Source of the DNA: Candidatus Saccharimonadales bacterium
GTDB taxonomy: Bacteria > Patescibacteriota > Saccharimonadia > Saccharimonadales > JANWIN01
NCBI GenBank assembly: GCA_025449905.1
Contig: JANWIN010000011.1
Location: forward strand, 724 to 64,723
Length of the DNA: 64,000 nt
Direction of reading: 5' to 3'
The first letter of the stretch is position 1; each line of letters opens with the position of its first letter. The notes beneath the pieces are model-generated. The model made no database searches and was not told where the DNA came from. It was given only the letters and a program-made list of their open reading frames with translations. Of this stretch, positions 44,536 to 54,135 are shown one piece after another. The position numbers were made by a program, and so were the translations under genes.

Positions 44536-46685
44536 ACGTCTTCTTGGACGTCTTGAGCCTGAGTCACTGGAGCCGGTTCGCTGCGGTTAAAGACTTCATC
44601 AACGCTATTCACTAAGACTTCTCGGGGTCTGGAGCCATCGGCCGGACCAACAATGCCCTGTTCTTCCATGGTTTCGACTAGCCTGGCGGCTTTACCATAA
44701 CCAATTCTAAGGCGCCGCTGCAGCAAACTAGTACTGGCCTTGCGGGCTTCGACGACGACGCGCACAGCGTCCTGAAAAATAGGCTCATCAGCATCATCAA
44801 CATCACCCAAAACATTGCTGCGACCGCCAATTTTGACCGGCTGGGTAATGATTTCATTGTCATAATCCGGCTCGCGCTGAGCCCGAATGAAGTCAGTAAC
44901 CTTACGAGTTTCGACGTCGCTAATTAACGCACCTTGGACACGTTTAGGCTTAGGCATTTCAGCAGTTTGCAGCAGCATATCACCTTGGTTGAGCAACTTT
45001 TCTGCACCCATCTGGTCAATAATTGTGCGCGAATCTACTTGACTGGCCGTGGTGAAAGCAATGCGGGCTGGAACGTTAGCTTTAATTAGTCCGGTAATTA
45101 CATTGACGCTAGGGCGCTGGGTGGCCAAAACCAAATGGATACCAACCGCTCGGGCCTTTTGGGCAATGCGTACAACCAGCGCTTCAACGTCGCGCGAAGA
45201 AATCATCATTAGTTCGGCTAACTCATCAATGACAATCACCACGTAGGGCATACCCTCTTCTTTTTTGAGTTGGTTGTACTCCTGAATGTTACGGCGATGA
45301 ACTTCACTCAAAGCTTTATAGCGGCGTTCCATCTCGGCGACTGTCCATTTAAGCGCGCTGATACACTTTTCCGGCTCGGTAATTACCGGTGTTAACAGAT
45401 GCGGGATGCCGTCATAAGGCTTAAGTTCTACCTGCTTTGGATCAACTAGTATTAGCTTTAGGTCACTGGGGCTATTTTTATATAAAAGACTGGTTAAAAT
45501 AGTGTTAATCATCACCGATTTACCAGAGCCGGTTTGACCGGCAATCAAAAGATGCGGCATCTTGTCCAGCTCGCCAATTATTGGACTACCGGAAATATCT
45601 TTACCAATGGCTACCGTCAGCGGACTTTTAGCATCTTGCCATTCGCTCGAGCCTAGGATTGAGCTAATCCTAACGGTTGCCGCCTTAACATTTGGCACTT
45701 CAATACCAACCAATTTTTTACCCGGAATTGGCGCCTCAATACGTATAGAATGAGCTGCTAAGTCAAGGGCTAAGTTGTTTTCCAGGGCGGTAATTTTTGT
45801 TAGTTTTACCCCTGTTGGCGGCTTCATGGTGTATTGGGTTACGCGCGGGCCGACATTGGCACCTTCCATGTCGACGTCTAAGTTAAAGTTAGTAAATGTT
45901 TCTTTAATGCTTTTAGCATTGCCTTCTATGTCGCCGGCATCGGCTTTATCCTGCTTCTGATCCAATAAATCAATGCCCGGAAACTTCCAATTTGGATCGC
46001 TGGCTACGGTTAGGGCCTCTTGGTTTTCACTGCCGGCCATTTTTTGAGCAGTTCCACGCAACGAACCTAACCTGGCAGCGCCATGTCGTTCAACTGGCAC
46101 ACCCTCGTTAAGGTGAAAGCCTTTTTGTTCTTTTAGGTCTTCAAGATCTGTATCTTCTTTGTTTTTAAATGGTTCAAATAGTTTTAGTAAGACTTTTGGC
46201 GATACACCAAATGTATAAAATAGTGCTAAAATTGCAAAAATAAAGAATAATAACCCTGTTGGCCATCTATCAAGAATATTTAGTGAAATTGAGGAAATTA
46301 CTCTGCCAACTTCACCGCCGTGACCTCCGCTATAGTTACCAGCCCCGTCTTTAGAAGCAAAAGCCACGTAAAACCAGCCTGAGGCAAAAACCACTGTAGC
46401 CGTCATGCCGATAAATTTATCCAAGGGTATTTTTTTATCTTCGCTAATAAACTTTAATACCCCTAAGTAGCCCAACGCCAATGGTGTTAAGTAGGCTGCC
46501 CAGCCAAAAGCCCAATAGGCGCCATCAAATAAGTGCTTTGGTAGTGAACCCCCTGTGCCAAAGCCGCCCAATAGCAGTAAAAACGCCAAAACCAGCATAC
46601 CAATACCGCCAACTAGCGGCCAAAAAGAGGATTGACTGGAGACATCAGTCTTTTTTTTCTTTGCAGTAGTTTTTCTTTTTGCCAT
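44484..46685 (-). CDS. ftsK: DNA translocase FtsK/SpoIIIE
   Basis: N-terminal TM helices, motor GQTGSGKSV, and a gamma wHTH domain at the C-terminus. Confidence 0.92.
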   Translation of the reverse strand: MAKRKTTAKKKKTDVSSQSSFWPLVGGIGMLVLAFLLLLGGFGTGGSLPKHLFDGAYWAFGWAAYLTPLALGYLGVLKFISEDKKIPLDKFIGMTATVVFASGWFYVAFASKDGAGNYSGGHGGEVGRVISSISLNILDRWPTGLLFFIFAILALFYTFGVSPKVLLKLFEPFKNKEDTDLEDLKEQKGFHLNEGVPVERHGAARLGSLRGTAQKMAGSENQEALTVASDPNWKFPGIDLLDQKQDKADAGDIEGNAKSIKETFTNFNLDVDMEGANVGPRVTQYTMKPPTGVKLTKITALENNLALDLAAHSIRIEAPIPGKKLVGIEVPNVKAATVRISSILGSSEWQDAKSPLTVAIGKDISGSPIIGELDKMPHLLIAGQTGSGKSVMINTILTSLLYKNSPSDLKLILVDPKQVELKPYDGIPHLLTPVITEPEKCISALKWTVAEMERRYKALSEVHRRNIQEYNQLKKEEGMPYVVIVIDELAELMMISSRDVEALVVRIAQKARAVGIHLVLATQRPSVNVITGLIKANVPARIAFTTASQVDSRTIIDQMGAEKLLNQGDMLLQTAEMPKPKRVQGALISDVETRKVTDFIRAQREPDYDNEIITQPVKIGGRSNVLGDVDDADEPIFQDAVRVVVEARKASTSLLQRRLRIGYGKAARLVETMEEQGIVGPADGSRPREVLVNSVDEVFNRSEPAPVTQAQDVQEDVYDEVPVDGDEGSETEA

Positions 46686-46713
46686 AACCGTTGATTATTA
46701 TATCAGTTTAATG

Positions 46714-46962
46714 CTATTCGTATGGGTCAAGGTTAAGGGCTTCTCTAAGGGTTTTTATTTGTCTATTCATATCTTTAACTTTTTCAAGGTGATCTTCAGA
46801 AATTTCACCACTCTCCTGTCTTTGGTTTACACCTGCGTCGAATAACTCTTCTCGCTTTACCAATAAATCAAGTAGTTCATCGCTCCCGTGAGCGGCTCGG
46901 ACAAGAGCTGGATTGTCGTAAAGCGGACTTCTTTCCGGCTGTTCCTCAGGAGATTCTGACAT
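46714..46962 (-). CDS. Hypothetical acidic protein
   Basis: 82-aa ORF with no recognisable motif. Confidence 0.4.
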   Translation of the reverse strand: MSESPEEQPERSPLYDNPALVRAAHGSDELLDLLVKREELFDAGVNQRQESGEISEDHLEKVKDMNRQIKTLREALNLDPYE

Positions 46963-47003
46963 AAATATATTGTAGCAGAATTTACATCACTTGTCAACTC
47001 AAG

Positions 47004-47627
47004 CTAGCTTCTTAATACACCGGCTTTATTAAATAGTGTAGCAATTAAACGAGCCTGGTTATCTTTCGGCCCATGTGCTTGATGCCATGTGGCAGGTTTA
47101 CCCTCCTTGTCTAACCCTTCTTCTCTAATAATTGTTAAATCACCAGGTTTAAGTTCCATAGTATGTTTTGGACCTACTAACTTAGTGGCATCATTGTTGC
47201 CAATTCCGGGCTCATACCAGTCAAAGTCTGCACGGCCCGTTAAAGACAAGACAAAACCTACTAATTCTGCAGTGTCAGTGTGTAATGGGCCCCAGTTGAC
47301 TTCCCCCGGTCCGTAAGCTCCAATTAAATCAAACCAATGTTGCCAGTCAGGAAAAATTTTCTGTGCTTGCTCTTCTATATAAAGAGCCACATTTTGCAAA
47401 GTTGGAGACTGATTTTGATTAAAGGCTACTGCTTCCCCAACTTTTTTGCCGGTACTTTTCTCCAGCTCTGTCACAATTTGCGTAGTTATCTCTGGGGGCA
47501 AAAAACTATGGATAATGTTCGCCCCTGATTCAATAGCTTCGGCAATATTTGGTCCAATATTTGGTAACTGTTCGGATAGCTGAGTAAACTCAGTTGTATT
47601 TGGCGATCTTGTGAGTGTTTCTACCAT
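47004..47627 (-). CDS. Hypothetical; possible cupin/2OG-Fe(II)-oxygenase-like fold
   Basis: 207 aa. An HxD (LHTD) and a distal His (WHQAHG) are suggestive only. Confidence 0.35.
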   Translation of the reverse strand: MVETLTRSPNTTEFTQLSEQLPNIGPNIAEAIESGANIIHSFLPPEITTQIVTELEKSTGKKVGEAVAFNQNQSPTLQNVALYIEEQAQKIFPDWQHWFDLIGAYGPGEVNWGPLHTDTAELVGFVLSLTGRADFDWYEPGIGNNDATKLVGPKHTMELKPGDLTIIREEGLDKEGKPATWHQAHGPKDNQARLIATLFNKAGVLRS

Positions 47628-47651
47628 ATTTATTTTTAGCTAACAGAGATA

Positions 47652-47680
47652 ATATTAACATAAATACTTAAACAAGTCAA
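47652..47680 (-). promoter_or_regulatory. Candidate promoter for 47004-47627
   Basis: Minus strand: TTGACT, 17-nt spacer, TAATAT. Confidence 0.4.
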
Positions 47681-47844
47681 GGCTTCCCTTCCTTCCAGGC
47701 TCTGGCAGTTCCTGATGAGTGAATGTCAAAAGCACATTTAGAATGAGGAGATGTTTGAGGAGTGATTAGCGAAGAGTTCTCCGAATATTGTGTCTTTTGA
47801 CTATGAAATCATAAAGTGCTGACAGTCGCCTGTCGTTTCTTTGC

Positions 47845-47875
47845 ATACTTTCTTTCGCGACCAAAGAAAGTATGT
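47845..47875. other. Perfect 12-bp hairpin downstream of rnj
   Basis: CATACTTTCTTT-cgcgacc-AAAGAAAGTATG, with no flanking U-run on either strand. Confidence 0.6.
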
Positions 47876-47904
47876 CGATAAAAAGCTGAAGGCTTTATCG
47901 AAAA

Positions 47905-49881
47905 CTAATCGGGCTGATCGGCACCCAGTAATTTGGCGCGCATTTCTTCAAACCGTTTTTGCTGATCTGTTGCCCCGTCTTCGGGTTTGGCTGCTTGGCC
48001 GTTAGCATGAACGGTTTGAGCCTCAACTTTGCCGCCAATGACGTTAACTACCGGTATAACTATCGGGCTGCGCTGGGTGCGCTCATATAAGAAATGCGTA
48101 ACATGTTCTTTTAGTTCTTGCTTAAACCTATCCAGGTCAATGCGTTTAAAGCGCTGGGTGGCCGCCCGACGCAGTTCAGTTCTAAGATCATTCATCAGTT
48201 CTTCGTTATCTCTTATATATATAAAGCCTCGGCTAATAATATCCGGACTAGATAGTAATTGACCGCTCTTTTTATCGATAGTTAAGACAACTGTCACTAG
48301 GCCGGCATCAGCCAGCATAATGCGGTCTTTTATAACTACATTGGGCACAATCTGGCCGGTTTGATCCACCAGCAGACTACCGTGTGGCACCTGGCCGGCT
48401 TCTTCGACGCTATCACTGCTAAACAACAGACTATCACCGTTATTTGGCAGCAAGATCTTATTACGAGGTATACCTTCCTGAACAGCAATTTCAGCATGAT
48501 ATTTACGGCGCAAAGCGCCGCCATGAACCGGAATTAGATATTTTGGTTTAATCATTTGTATCATTTCTCTTAGCTCTTCGCGTCGAGCGTGACCGGACAC
48601 GTGCAAAGGCCCGCAACCATCAAGTTCATGGGTCGGATGACGGAATAGGTTGACACCTTTGCGAGCAAGATTATTGCTGATCTGATCGTAGCGAATCTCG
48701 TTACCCGGAATGGGACTGGAGCTAATAACTACCGTGTCGCCCTCTTTAAGCTTGATGTATTTGTGATCGCCTTCGCTCATACGCTGCAAGGCCGCGCCCG
48801 GCTCGCCTTGTCCTCCGGTACACATAACCAAAATCTTGTTATCAGCAATGTTGGCACTATCACGCATTGGCACAATAGTCCCCTTCGGAACTTTAAGTAT
48901 GCCTTGCCTGACCGCAATTTCGGCGTAGCTCATCATACTGCGGCCGTCCAAAGCGACTCTGCGCCCGGCATTTACAGCTGCATTAACAACCATCTGGATA
49001 CGGTTCATATTACTGGAGAAAATTGCTATAAAGATTCGCCCGCTAGAGGCTGCTATTACATCATGAAAACTTTGCTGCAAAGTATCTTCAGTCGGCGTCC
49101 GACCCTCCTCATTTGAATAACTACTCTCACTAAGTAGTAGCAAAACTCCTTGGCTGGCTAGTTCGTTTAGGCGTTTTGTGTCGCTTGGCAAATGATCCAG
49201 TGGTTCTGGGTCGAGTCGGAAGTCGCCGGTAACAATTATTCTGCCTACGGGCGTATCAATGCAAACGCTCGACGCTTCTGGAATAGAATGCGTAATTCGT
49301 ATTAATTCAACAGTAAACTCACCAAGTTTGAGTCTCTCGTGATTATCCATGTTCATAATAATCAACTTGGGGGTAAAATCCAGCCCAGATTCAGCTTTGG
49401 CATCTTCAAAAGTCTTCTCTACTATGCCCATCGTAAAGCGCGAGCCGTAAATTGGCGCCGGCACTCTCGGCACAATATGTTTTAACCCGCCGACATGGTC
49501 AAGATGCCCATGAGTTACTACATAGCCTTTAACTTTGCGTTTGATAGATTCAAGATAAGTAGGGTCTGCAATGGCATAGTTTACGCCGGGTAAATCGATA
49601 CCTAGACTGTTTCCGCAGTCAACAACTATTGCTTCGTTTTTATACTCAATAATCGCCATATTTTTTTCGCCAACGTCTTCAAGGCCACCCAGAAATGTAA
49701 TCTTTAACTTGTTGGCCTCGTCAGCTATAACGTTTGCCCGACGCTCCAGCTTATTAGCCGACGCATCTAAGTATTCGTTGGCAATATCTTTGGCATTTTC
49801 AGATGCGCGTTTTTGGGCACGCAAAGCAGCGCCGCGAGAAACTTTTGGCGGTGTATTTGGCTTTGGTTTAGGTTGATTCAT
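47905..49881 (-). CDS. rnj: Ribonuclease J
   Basis: Beta-lactamase/beta-CASP with the HGHLDHVGG motif. It has a Lys-rich N-terminal extension of about 60 aa and a C-terminal tail. Confidence 0.88.
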   Translation of the reverse strand: MNQPKPKPNTPPKVSRGAALRAQKRASENAKDIANEYLDASANKLERRANVIADEANKLKITFLGGLEDVGEKNMAIIEYKNEAIVVDCGNSLGIDLPGVNYAIADPTYLESIKRKVKGYVVTHGHLDHVGGLKHIVPRVPAPIYGSRFTMGIVEKTFEDAKAESGLDFTPKLIIMNMDNHERLKLGEFTVELIRITHSIPEASSVCIDTPVGRIIVTGDFRLDPEPLDHLPSDTKRLNELASQGVLLLLSESSYSNEEGRTPTEDTLQQSFHDVIAASSGRIFIAIFSSNMNRIQMVVNAAVNAGRRVALDGRSMMSYAEIAVRQGILKVPKGTIVPMRDSANIADNKILVMCTGGQGEPGAALQRMSEGDHKYIKLKEGDTVVISSSPIPGNEIRYDQISNNLARKGVNLFRHPTHELDGCGPLHVSGHARREELREMIQMIKPKYLIPVHGGALRRKYHAEIAVQEGIPRNKILLPNNGDSLLFSSDSVEEAGQVPHGSLLVDQTGQIVPNVVIKDRIMLADAGLVTVVLTIDKKSGQLLSSPDIISRGFIYIRDNEELMNDLRTELRRAATQRFKRIDLDRFKQELKEHVTHFLYERTQRSPIVIPVVNVIGGKVEAQTVHANGQAAKPEDGATDQQKRFEEMRAKLLGADQPD

Positions 49882-49899
49882 ATTATTAATTTTCCTTTC

Positions 49900-50673
49900 T
49901 TAGGCTGTCTTTTTTATAAGTTTTAAGATGTCCGGAATCCGGGCAAAGTCATCTATTAAAGTTTGGCGCATAGCGCCGTTATAAAGAGCGGCCGCCGGAT
50001 GAAACAGCGGCAGGATGACCAAGGACGTAATAGACTGCTCGTCGGCTGAGCCGCCGACTCTGCTATTACTTGCGACGAATTGCTGCGTCAGCTGCGTGCG
50101 AGACTCACTCTTCGTACCATCTGTACGTTTCGTTCGTTTCTCCTTGCTTCCTTGCACTTCATCCGCCCCTAGGTCTCCTGTAGGTCTGGACTGTGTGCTG
50201 TCAGCTGTCAGCTGTAACCTAATCCTCTTGGGCTGTCCGTGAACTTCGCCGATTGATAAATCTGGCAAGAAACAATTCATGCTATGACGGCCCAATGTAG
50301 CTACAATTTTGGGCTTAATTACTTTCAATTGAGTCTGCAAAAACGGCAAGAAAGCCACCTTCTCTTCCGGCAATGGATCACGGTTATTGGGTGGGCGGTA
50401 TTTAACAATGTTTGTTATGTATACGTCGGTTCTTTTTAGGCCTATCATCTCCAGCATTTCGTTTAAAAACTTGCCAGCGGCGCCAACGAATGGCAAGCCT
50501 TGCAGGTCTTCGTTTTTACCCGGTGCTTCGCCGACAAAAACAATGTCGGCATCAGCATTGCCGTCGCCAAACACCAGTTGGGTGGCCTCTTTTGCCAGTT
50601 CAGGACAAACTTTTTGCTCAATTATTGATTTAGCAATTTTATCCAGCTGGTTTTGCTTGGCTATTTTAGTCAT
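49900..50673 (-). CDS. Family-4 uracil-DNA glycosylase carrying an in-frame insertion of about 60-65 codons
   Basis: GEAPG motif A and HPAA motif B are present. About 85 residues separate VHGQP from HPAA, far more than the roughly 15-25 residues I recall for typical family-4 enzymes. Confidence 0.8.
   Translation of the reverse strand: MTKIAKQNQLDKIAKSIIEQKVCPELAKEATQLVFGDGNADADIVFVGEAPGKNEDLQGLPFVGAAGKFLNEMLEMIGLKRTDVYITNIVKYRPPNNRDPLPEEKVAFLPFLQTQLKVIKPKIVATLGRHSMNCFLPDLSIGEVHGQPKRIRLQLTADSTQSRPTGDLGADEVQGSKEKRTKRTDGTKSESRTQLTQQFVASNSRVGGSADEQSITSLVILPLFHPAAALYNGAMRQTLIDDFARIPDILKLIKKTA
50017..50175 (-). repeat. Structured repeat family, copy B, inside the UDG ORF
   Basis: P0 GACCUAGGG/UCCUUGGUC, GGAUGAA box, CGUAC-AGAUG-GUACG hairpin, and second domain GUAAUAG-CAGA-GUCGGC-GGCUCA-GCCGAC-GAGCAGU-CUAUUAC. 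The central 60 nt are about 75% identical to copy A. Confidence 0.7.
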
Positions 50674-50674
50674 T

Positions 50675-50863
50675 TTATTTTCCGCGAATAGCTTTTATCA
50701 GACGATTTATGGTAAAAACAATTAAAATCAGTACAAAAAGATACAGCCACTGGCTGCCAGTATCAATAGCCCTAATTGCAATTACATAAAGAGCAATTAG
50801 TGCTAGAGCGGCTGATAAAACGTAGCCACTTCGACTGTTTAATTCAAACTTGGTTTTATTCAT
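50675..50863 (-). CDS. Small 2-TM membrane protein
   Basis: The ATG at 50863 overlaps the pnp stop (ATGAATAA), suggesting translational coupling. The track start at 50917 lies inside pnp. Confidence 0.45.
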   Translation of the reverse strand: MNKTKFELNSRSGYVLSAALALIALYVIAIRAIDTGSQWLYLFVLILIVFTINRLIKAIRGK

Positions 50864-53027
50864 TGTTCTCATTTCTTTTAGCGGCCCGCATTGATAGCTG
50901 CAAGCGACCGCGGTCATCTATCGCCACCAGTTTTACGTCAACTCTATCGCCTTCTTTAACGACATCACTGGGTTTATTAACCCGTTCTTCGGCCATTTCG
51001 CTAACATGTACCAAGCCGTCTTTGCCAGGCAGAATTTGCACGAATGCTCCAAAATCCATGACCGAAACAACCGGTGCATCTCTGTAGATTTTGCCAACTT
51101 CCGGCTCTTCAGTAATATTTTGTACCCATTGTATAGCCGCATCAATGCTGCTCTTGTCCGGACTAGCAATCATTACCGTACCATCGTCTTTAATATCAAT
51201 CTCGGCACCAGTTTCGGCAATAATCTTGTTGATTGTCTCGCCGCCCTTGCCAATAACTTCGCGAATCTTATCAGGGTTAATCTTAATGGCTTCCACGCGC
51301 GGAGCAAATGGGCTCATTTCTTTGTTCGACTGGGGCATAGTTTCCAGCATATGGGCTAAAATTTCGGCCCGGCCTTGCTTGCCCTGCTGCAGCGCTTTAG
51401 ACAAAATTTCCACCGGCAGACCATGGACTTTCATGTCCATCTGCAAGGCTGTAATGCCCTTTTCGGTACCAGCAACTTTAAAGTCCATATCGCCGGCAAA
51501 ATCTTCGGCATCGGCAATATCGCTTAAAATATAAGGCTTATCATTATCGAGCATCAACCCCATGGCGATACCGCTAACCGGTCTCGTCAAAGGTACGCCA
51601 GCGTCCATTAAAGCTAAGCAGCTTGAGCAAGTTGCCGCCATAGAAGTACTGCCGTTTTGGCTCATAATTTCGGTTACTGAGCGAATAGTGTACGGAAAGT
51701 CAGCAGCGTCCGGCAAAACGGCATCAAGAGCTCGTTCTGCAAGGTAGCCATGACCGATTTCTCGCCGTCCGGGGCTGCCTAGGCGCTTAACTTCGCCAAC
51801 TGTGTAGCCTGGCGCGTTGTAGTGGTGCAGGAAGCGCCGTTCACCCTCTTTTTCCATAGTGTCTACCAGCTGAACATAGCTCAGTGGTGCTAGGGTTACG
51901 ATATTTAGGGCTTGCGTCACGCCGCGGGTAAATAAGCTCGAGCCGTGGGCCCTCGGTAACAGTCCAACTTCACTGGACAAAGGCCGAATTTCAGTTAATT
52001 TACGGCCATCGGGGCGAATATTTTCAGCAACTATGCCAGCTCGAACATCTTTGTGTAAGGCCAGCGTAAATGCATCGTTATATTCAGCTTTTTGCTCGCC
52101 AAAATCTTCACCAAGCTCTTCTTCAAAATGAGCATGCATGCTTTCACGCAGTCTATTTACCAGATCATTTCGTTCCGGATACGGCATTCTCAAGCCGGCA
52201 CCTAGTTTTCCAGCCAGCCAAGTTTCCACTCGCTGCATAATATCGCTATCCGGTAGAGTTAATTCATATTCTTGAGGCGTAACTCCAACTTTTTTAATTA
52301 ATTCTTCTTGTAACTCAATTGCCGGTTGGATAGCTTTTTGGGCAAATTCTAAGGCCTTAACAACCTCATCCTCGCTGACTTCATTAGCACCAGCTTCTAC
52401 CATCATGATGCCGTCTTTGGTGCCAGCCACAACTAGGTCTAAGCCGTTATCAAGCTCCTCTGCGCTGGCAAAGGCTTTAAACTCGCCTTTGACTTGGCCT
52501 ACGCGAACACCGGCTACAGGGCCGTCAAACGGTGCGCCAGTCAACATAAAAGCTGCACTCATAGCAATCATAGCTACAGCATCAGGCCTAAACTCCGGGT
52601 CCATACTTAACACCGTAGCTACGCCCTGGACTTCGTTGTGATAGCCCTTTGGCCATAGCGGACGAATTGGCCGGTCAATTAATCTGCTGATCAAAACGGC
52701 GTCATCAGATGGGCGGCCTTCTCTTTTTATGAATCTACTGCCGCTAATTTTGCCGGCGGCGTACATTTTTTCTTCGTAATCGATGGACAGCGGAAAATAG
52801 TCAAAACCGTGCGCCGGTTTATCGCTGACCATGGCTGTACCTAGCACCACAGTGTCACCATAGCGCGCTAAAACTGCCGCTGAGCTTCTAAAGCCAACGC
52901 GGCCAACTTCCAGTGATAGTTTTTGACCGGCAAAGTCGGTCTCTACTTTTATTATTTCTTTACCAAACGGATTAATAGTACTCACCTCGTTTGTTTCCTT
53001 TCCAATAGGCAGTATTTTCGTTTGCAC
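50856..53027 (-). CDS. pnp: Polyribonucleotide nucleotidyltransferase (PNPase)
   Basis: 723 aa with two RNase PH domains, a KH domain and an S1 domain. Confidence 0.93.
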   Translation of the reverse strand: MQTKILPIGKETNEVSTINPFGKEIIKVETDFAGQKLSLEVGRVGFRSSAAVLARYGDTVVLGTAMVSDKPAHGFDYFPLSIDYEEKMYAAGKISGSRFIKREGRPSDDAVLISRLIDRPIRPLWPKGYHNEVQGVATVLSMDPEFRPDAVAMIAMSAAFMLTGAPFDGPVAGVRVGQVKGEFKAFASAEELDNGLDLVVAGTKDGIMMVEAGANEVSEDEVVKALEFAQKAIQPAIELQEELIKKVGVTPQEYELTLPDSDIMQRVETWLAGKLGAGLRMPYPERNDLVNRLRESMHAHFEEELGEDFGEQKAEYNDAFTLALHKDVRAGIVAENIRPDGRKLTEIRPLSSEVGLLPRAHGSSLFTRGVTQALNIVTLAPLSYVQLVDTMEKEGERRFLHHYNAPGYTVGEVKRLGSPGRREIGHGYLAERALDAVLPDAADFPYTIRSVTEIMSQNGSTSMAATCSSCLALMDAGVPLTRPVSGIAMGLMLDNDKPYILSDIADAEDFAGDMDFKVAGTEKGITALQMDMKVHGLPVEILSKALQQGKQGRAEILAHMLETMPQSNKEMSPFAPRVEAIKINPDKIREVIGKGGETINKIIAETGAEIDIKDDGTVMIASPDKSSIDAAIQWVQNITEEPEVGKIYRDAPVVSVMDFGAFVQILPGKDGLVHVSEMAEERVNKPSDVVKEGDRVDVKLVAIDDRGRLQLSMRAAKRNENNE

Positions 53028-53163
53028 AGTTCAAATATATGCCTTGTGCTGGTTCATATATCTGTCGCTTTGCAAACGAAGTCGCCCCTTAATAGTTATA
53101 TTAGTGACTTGTTAATGTGCACAAGCTCTGTTGCCCGCTTTGGGCAGCATCAGTCTGAGCAAA

Positions 53164-53430
53164 TTAGCGTCGTAGGCCTAGTTTTTTTATTAGTTCAAGG
53201 TATTCATTACTATCTTTATCGGCGATATATTGCAGTAAGCGGCGGCGCTGGCCAACCATTTGCAGCAGCCCGCGGCGAGTAGCAAAGTCTTTTTTGTGAG
53301 TCTTTAAATGAGCCGTCAATTCCTCAATGCGTTTGGTCAAAATACCAACTTGAACTGCGCTACTACCGGTGTCTTTTTTGTGCTTTGCCAGATCGGCAAT
53401 TACAGCACTCTTCTTCTCACCACTAATCAT
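53164..53430 (-). CDS. rpsO: 30S ribosomal protein S15
   Basis: 88 aa with GSSAVQVGILTKRIEELTAHLKTHKKD. Confidence 0.92.
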   Translation of the reverse strand: MISGEKKSAVIADLAKHKKDTGSSAVQVGILTKRIEELTAHLKTHKKDFATRRGLLQMVGQRRRLLQYIADKDSNEYLELIKKLGLRR

Positions 53431-53460
53431 CGTTACCTAGATACTAGCATATTTACTCTG

Positions 53461-54135
53461 TTAGAGCAATAGCAATTTGTGTTCAATTGAATCAAAGTTT
53501 AGTTCAGTTATTGAGTCTTTTAAATCGTAGTCACCGACTTGAATACGTTTTAGGTTCGTCATGTAGGCGCCGGTGCCCAATTTTTGGCCTACGTCTTCAA
53601 CCAACGAGCGAATGTATGTGCCGCTTGATACTTTGGTGGTGAATGAAATTAGCGGATATTTGTACTTAATATCAGCTATTTCGTGGACCGTCACCTGCCT
53701 AGGTTCAATTTTTACTTCTTTTCCGGCCCTAGCCAGTTTATAAGCGCGCTGCCCACCGACTTTTAAAGCTGAAAATGCGTGCGGGGTTTGCTCAATCTCG
53801 CCCAAAAAGCTTTTTAGGGCCTCGTTTACTGCTTTTTCTGAAGGTTTTTTGTCGGAAATGACCGTTTTATCCCCTTCCTCATCACCGGTTGTGCTGGTTT
53901 CACCTAGTTTCATTTCAACTTCATAAGTTTTGTCCAGTTTCAAAAATTCTTGGGCTGTTTTAGTGTAATTGCCAACTAAAATAATCAATAAACCAGTAGC
54001 TAATGGATCCAAAGTCCCTGCATGACCAACTTTGGGCTTAGTAGTTCCCTGCTTTTTGAGCAAGCCGCGAATTTTAGCCACGACATCATGCGACGTCCAG
54101 CTCTTTGGCTTATTAACCAGTAAAAATCCGTTCAT
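53461..54135 (-). CDS. truB: tRNA pseudouridine-55 synthase (short form)
   Basis: MNGFLLVNKP...HAGTLDPLATGLL catalytic Asp motif. Confidence 0.88.
   Translation of the reverse strand: MNGFLLVNKPKSWTSHDVVAKIRGLLKKQGTTKPKVGHAGTLDPLATGLLIILVGNYTKTAQEFLKLDKTYEVEMKLGETSTTGDEEGDKTVISDKKPSEKAVNEALKSFLGEIEQTPHAFSALKVGGQRAYKLARAGKEVKIEPRQVTVHEIADIKYKYPLISFTTKVSSGTYIRSLVEDVGQKLGTGAYMTNLKRIQVGDYDLKDSITELNFDSIEHKLLLL

Noticed and set aside
47713-47744. Hammerhead-ribozyme-like string: CUGAUGAG, then a 7-bp hairpin (UGAAUGU...ACAUUUA), then GAA.
   Set aside because: The G10.1-C11.1 pair is not formed, and position 15.1 is U rather than A. I could not build stems I or III or locate a cleavage-site triplet. 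An 8-mer like CUGAUGAG is expected about twice by chance in 128 kb of two-strand sequence.
53028-53163. Hairpins in the rpsO-pnp spacer considered as a novel element.
   Set aside because: A structured pnp leader and an rpsO terminator-like hairpin are ordinary features of this operon. Nothing here distinguishes them.
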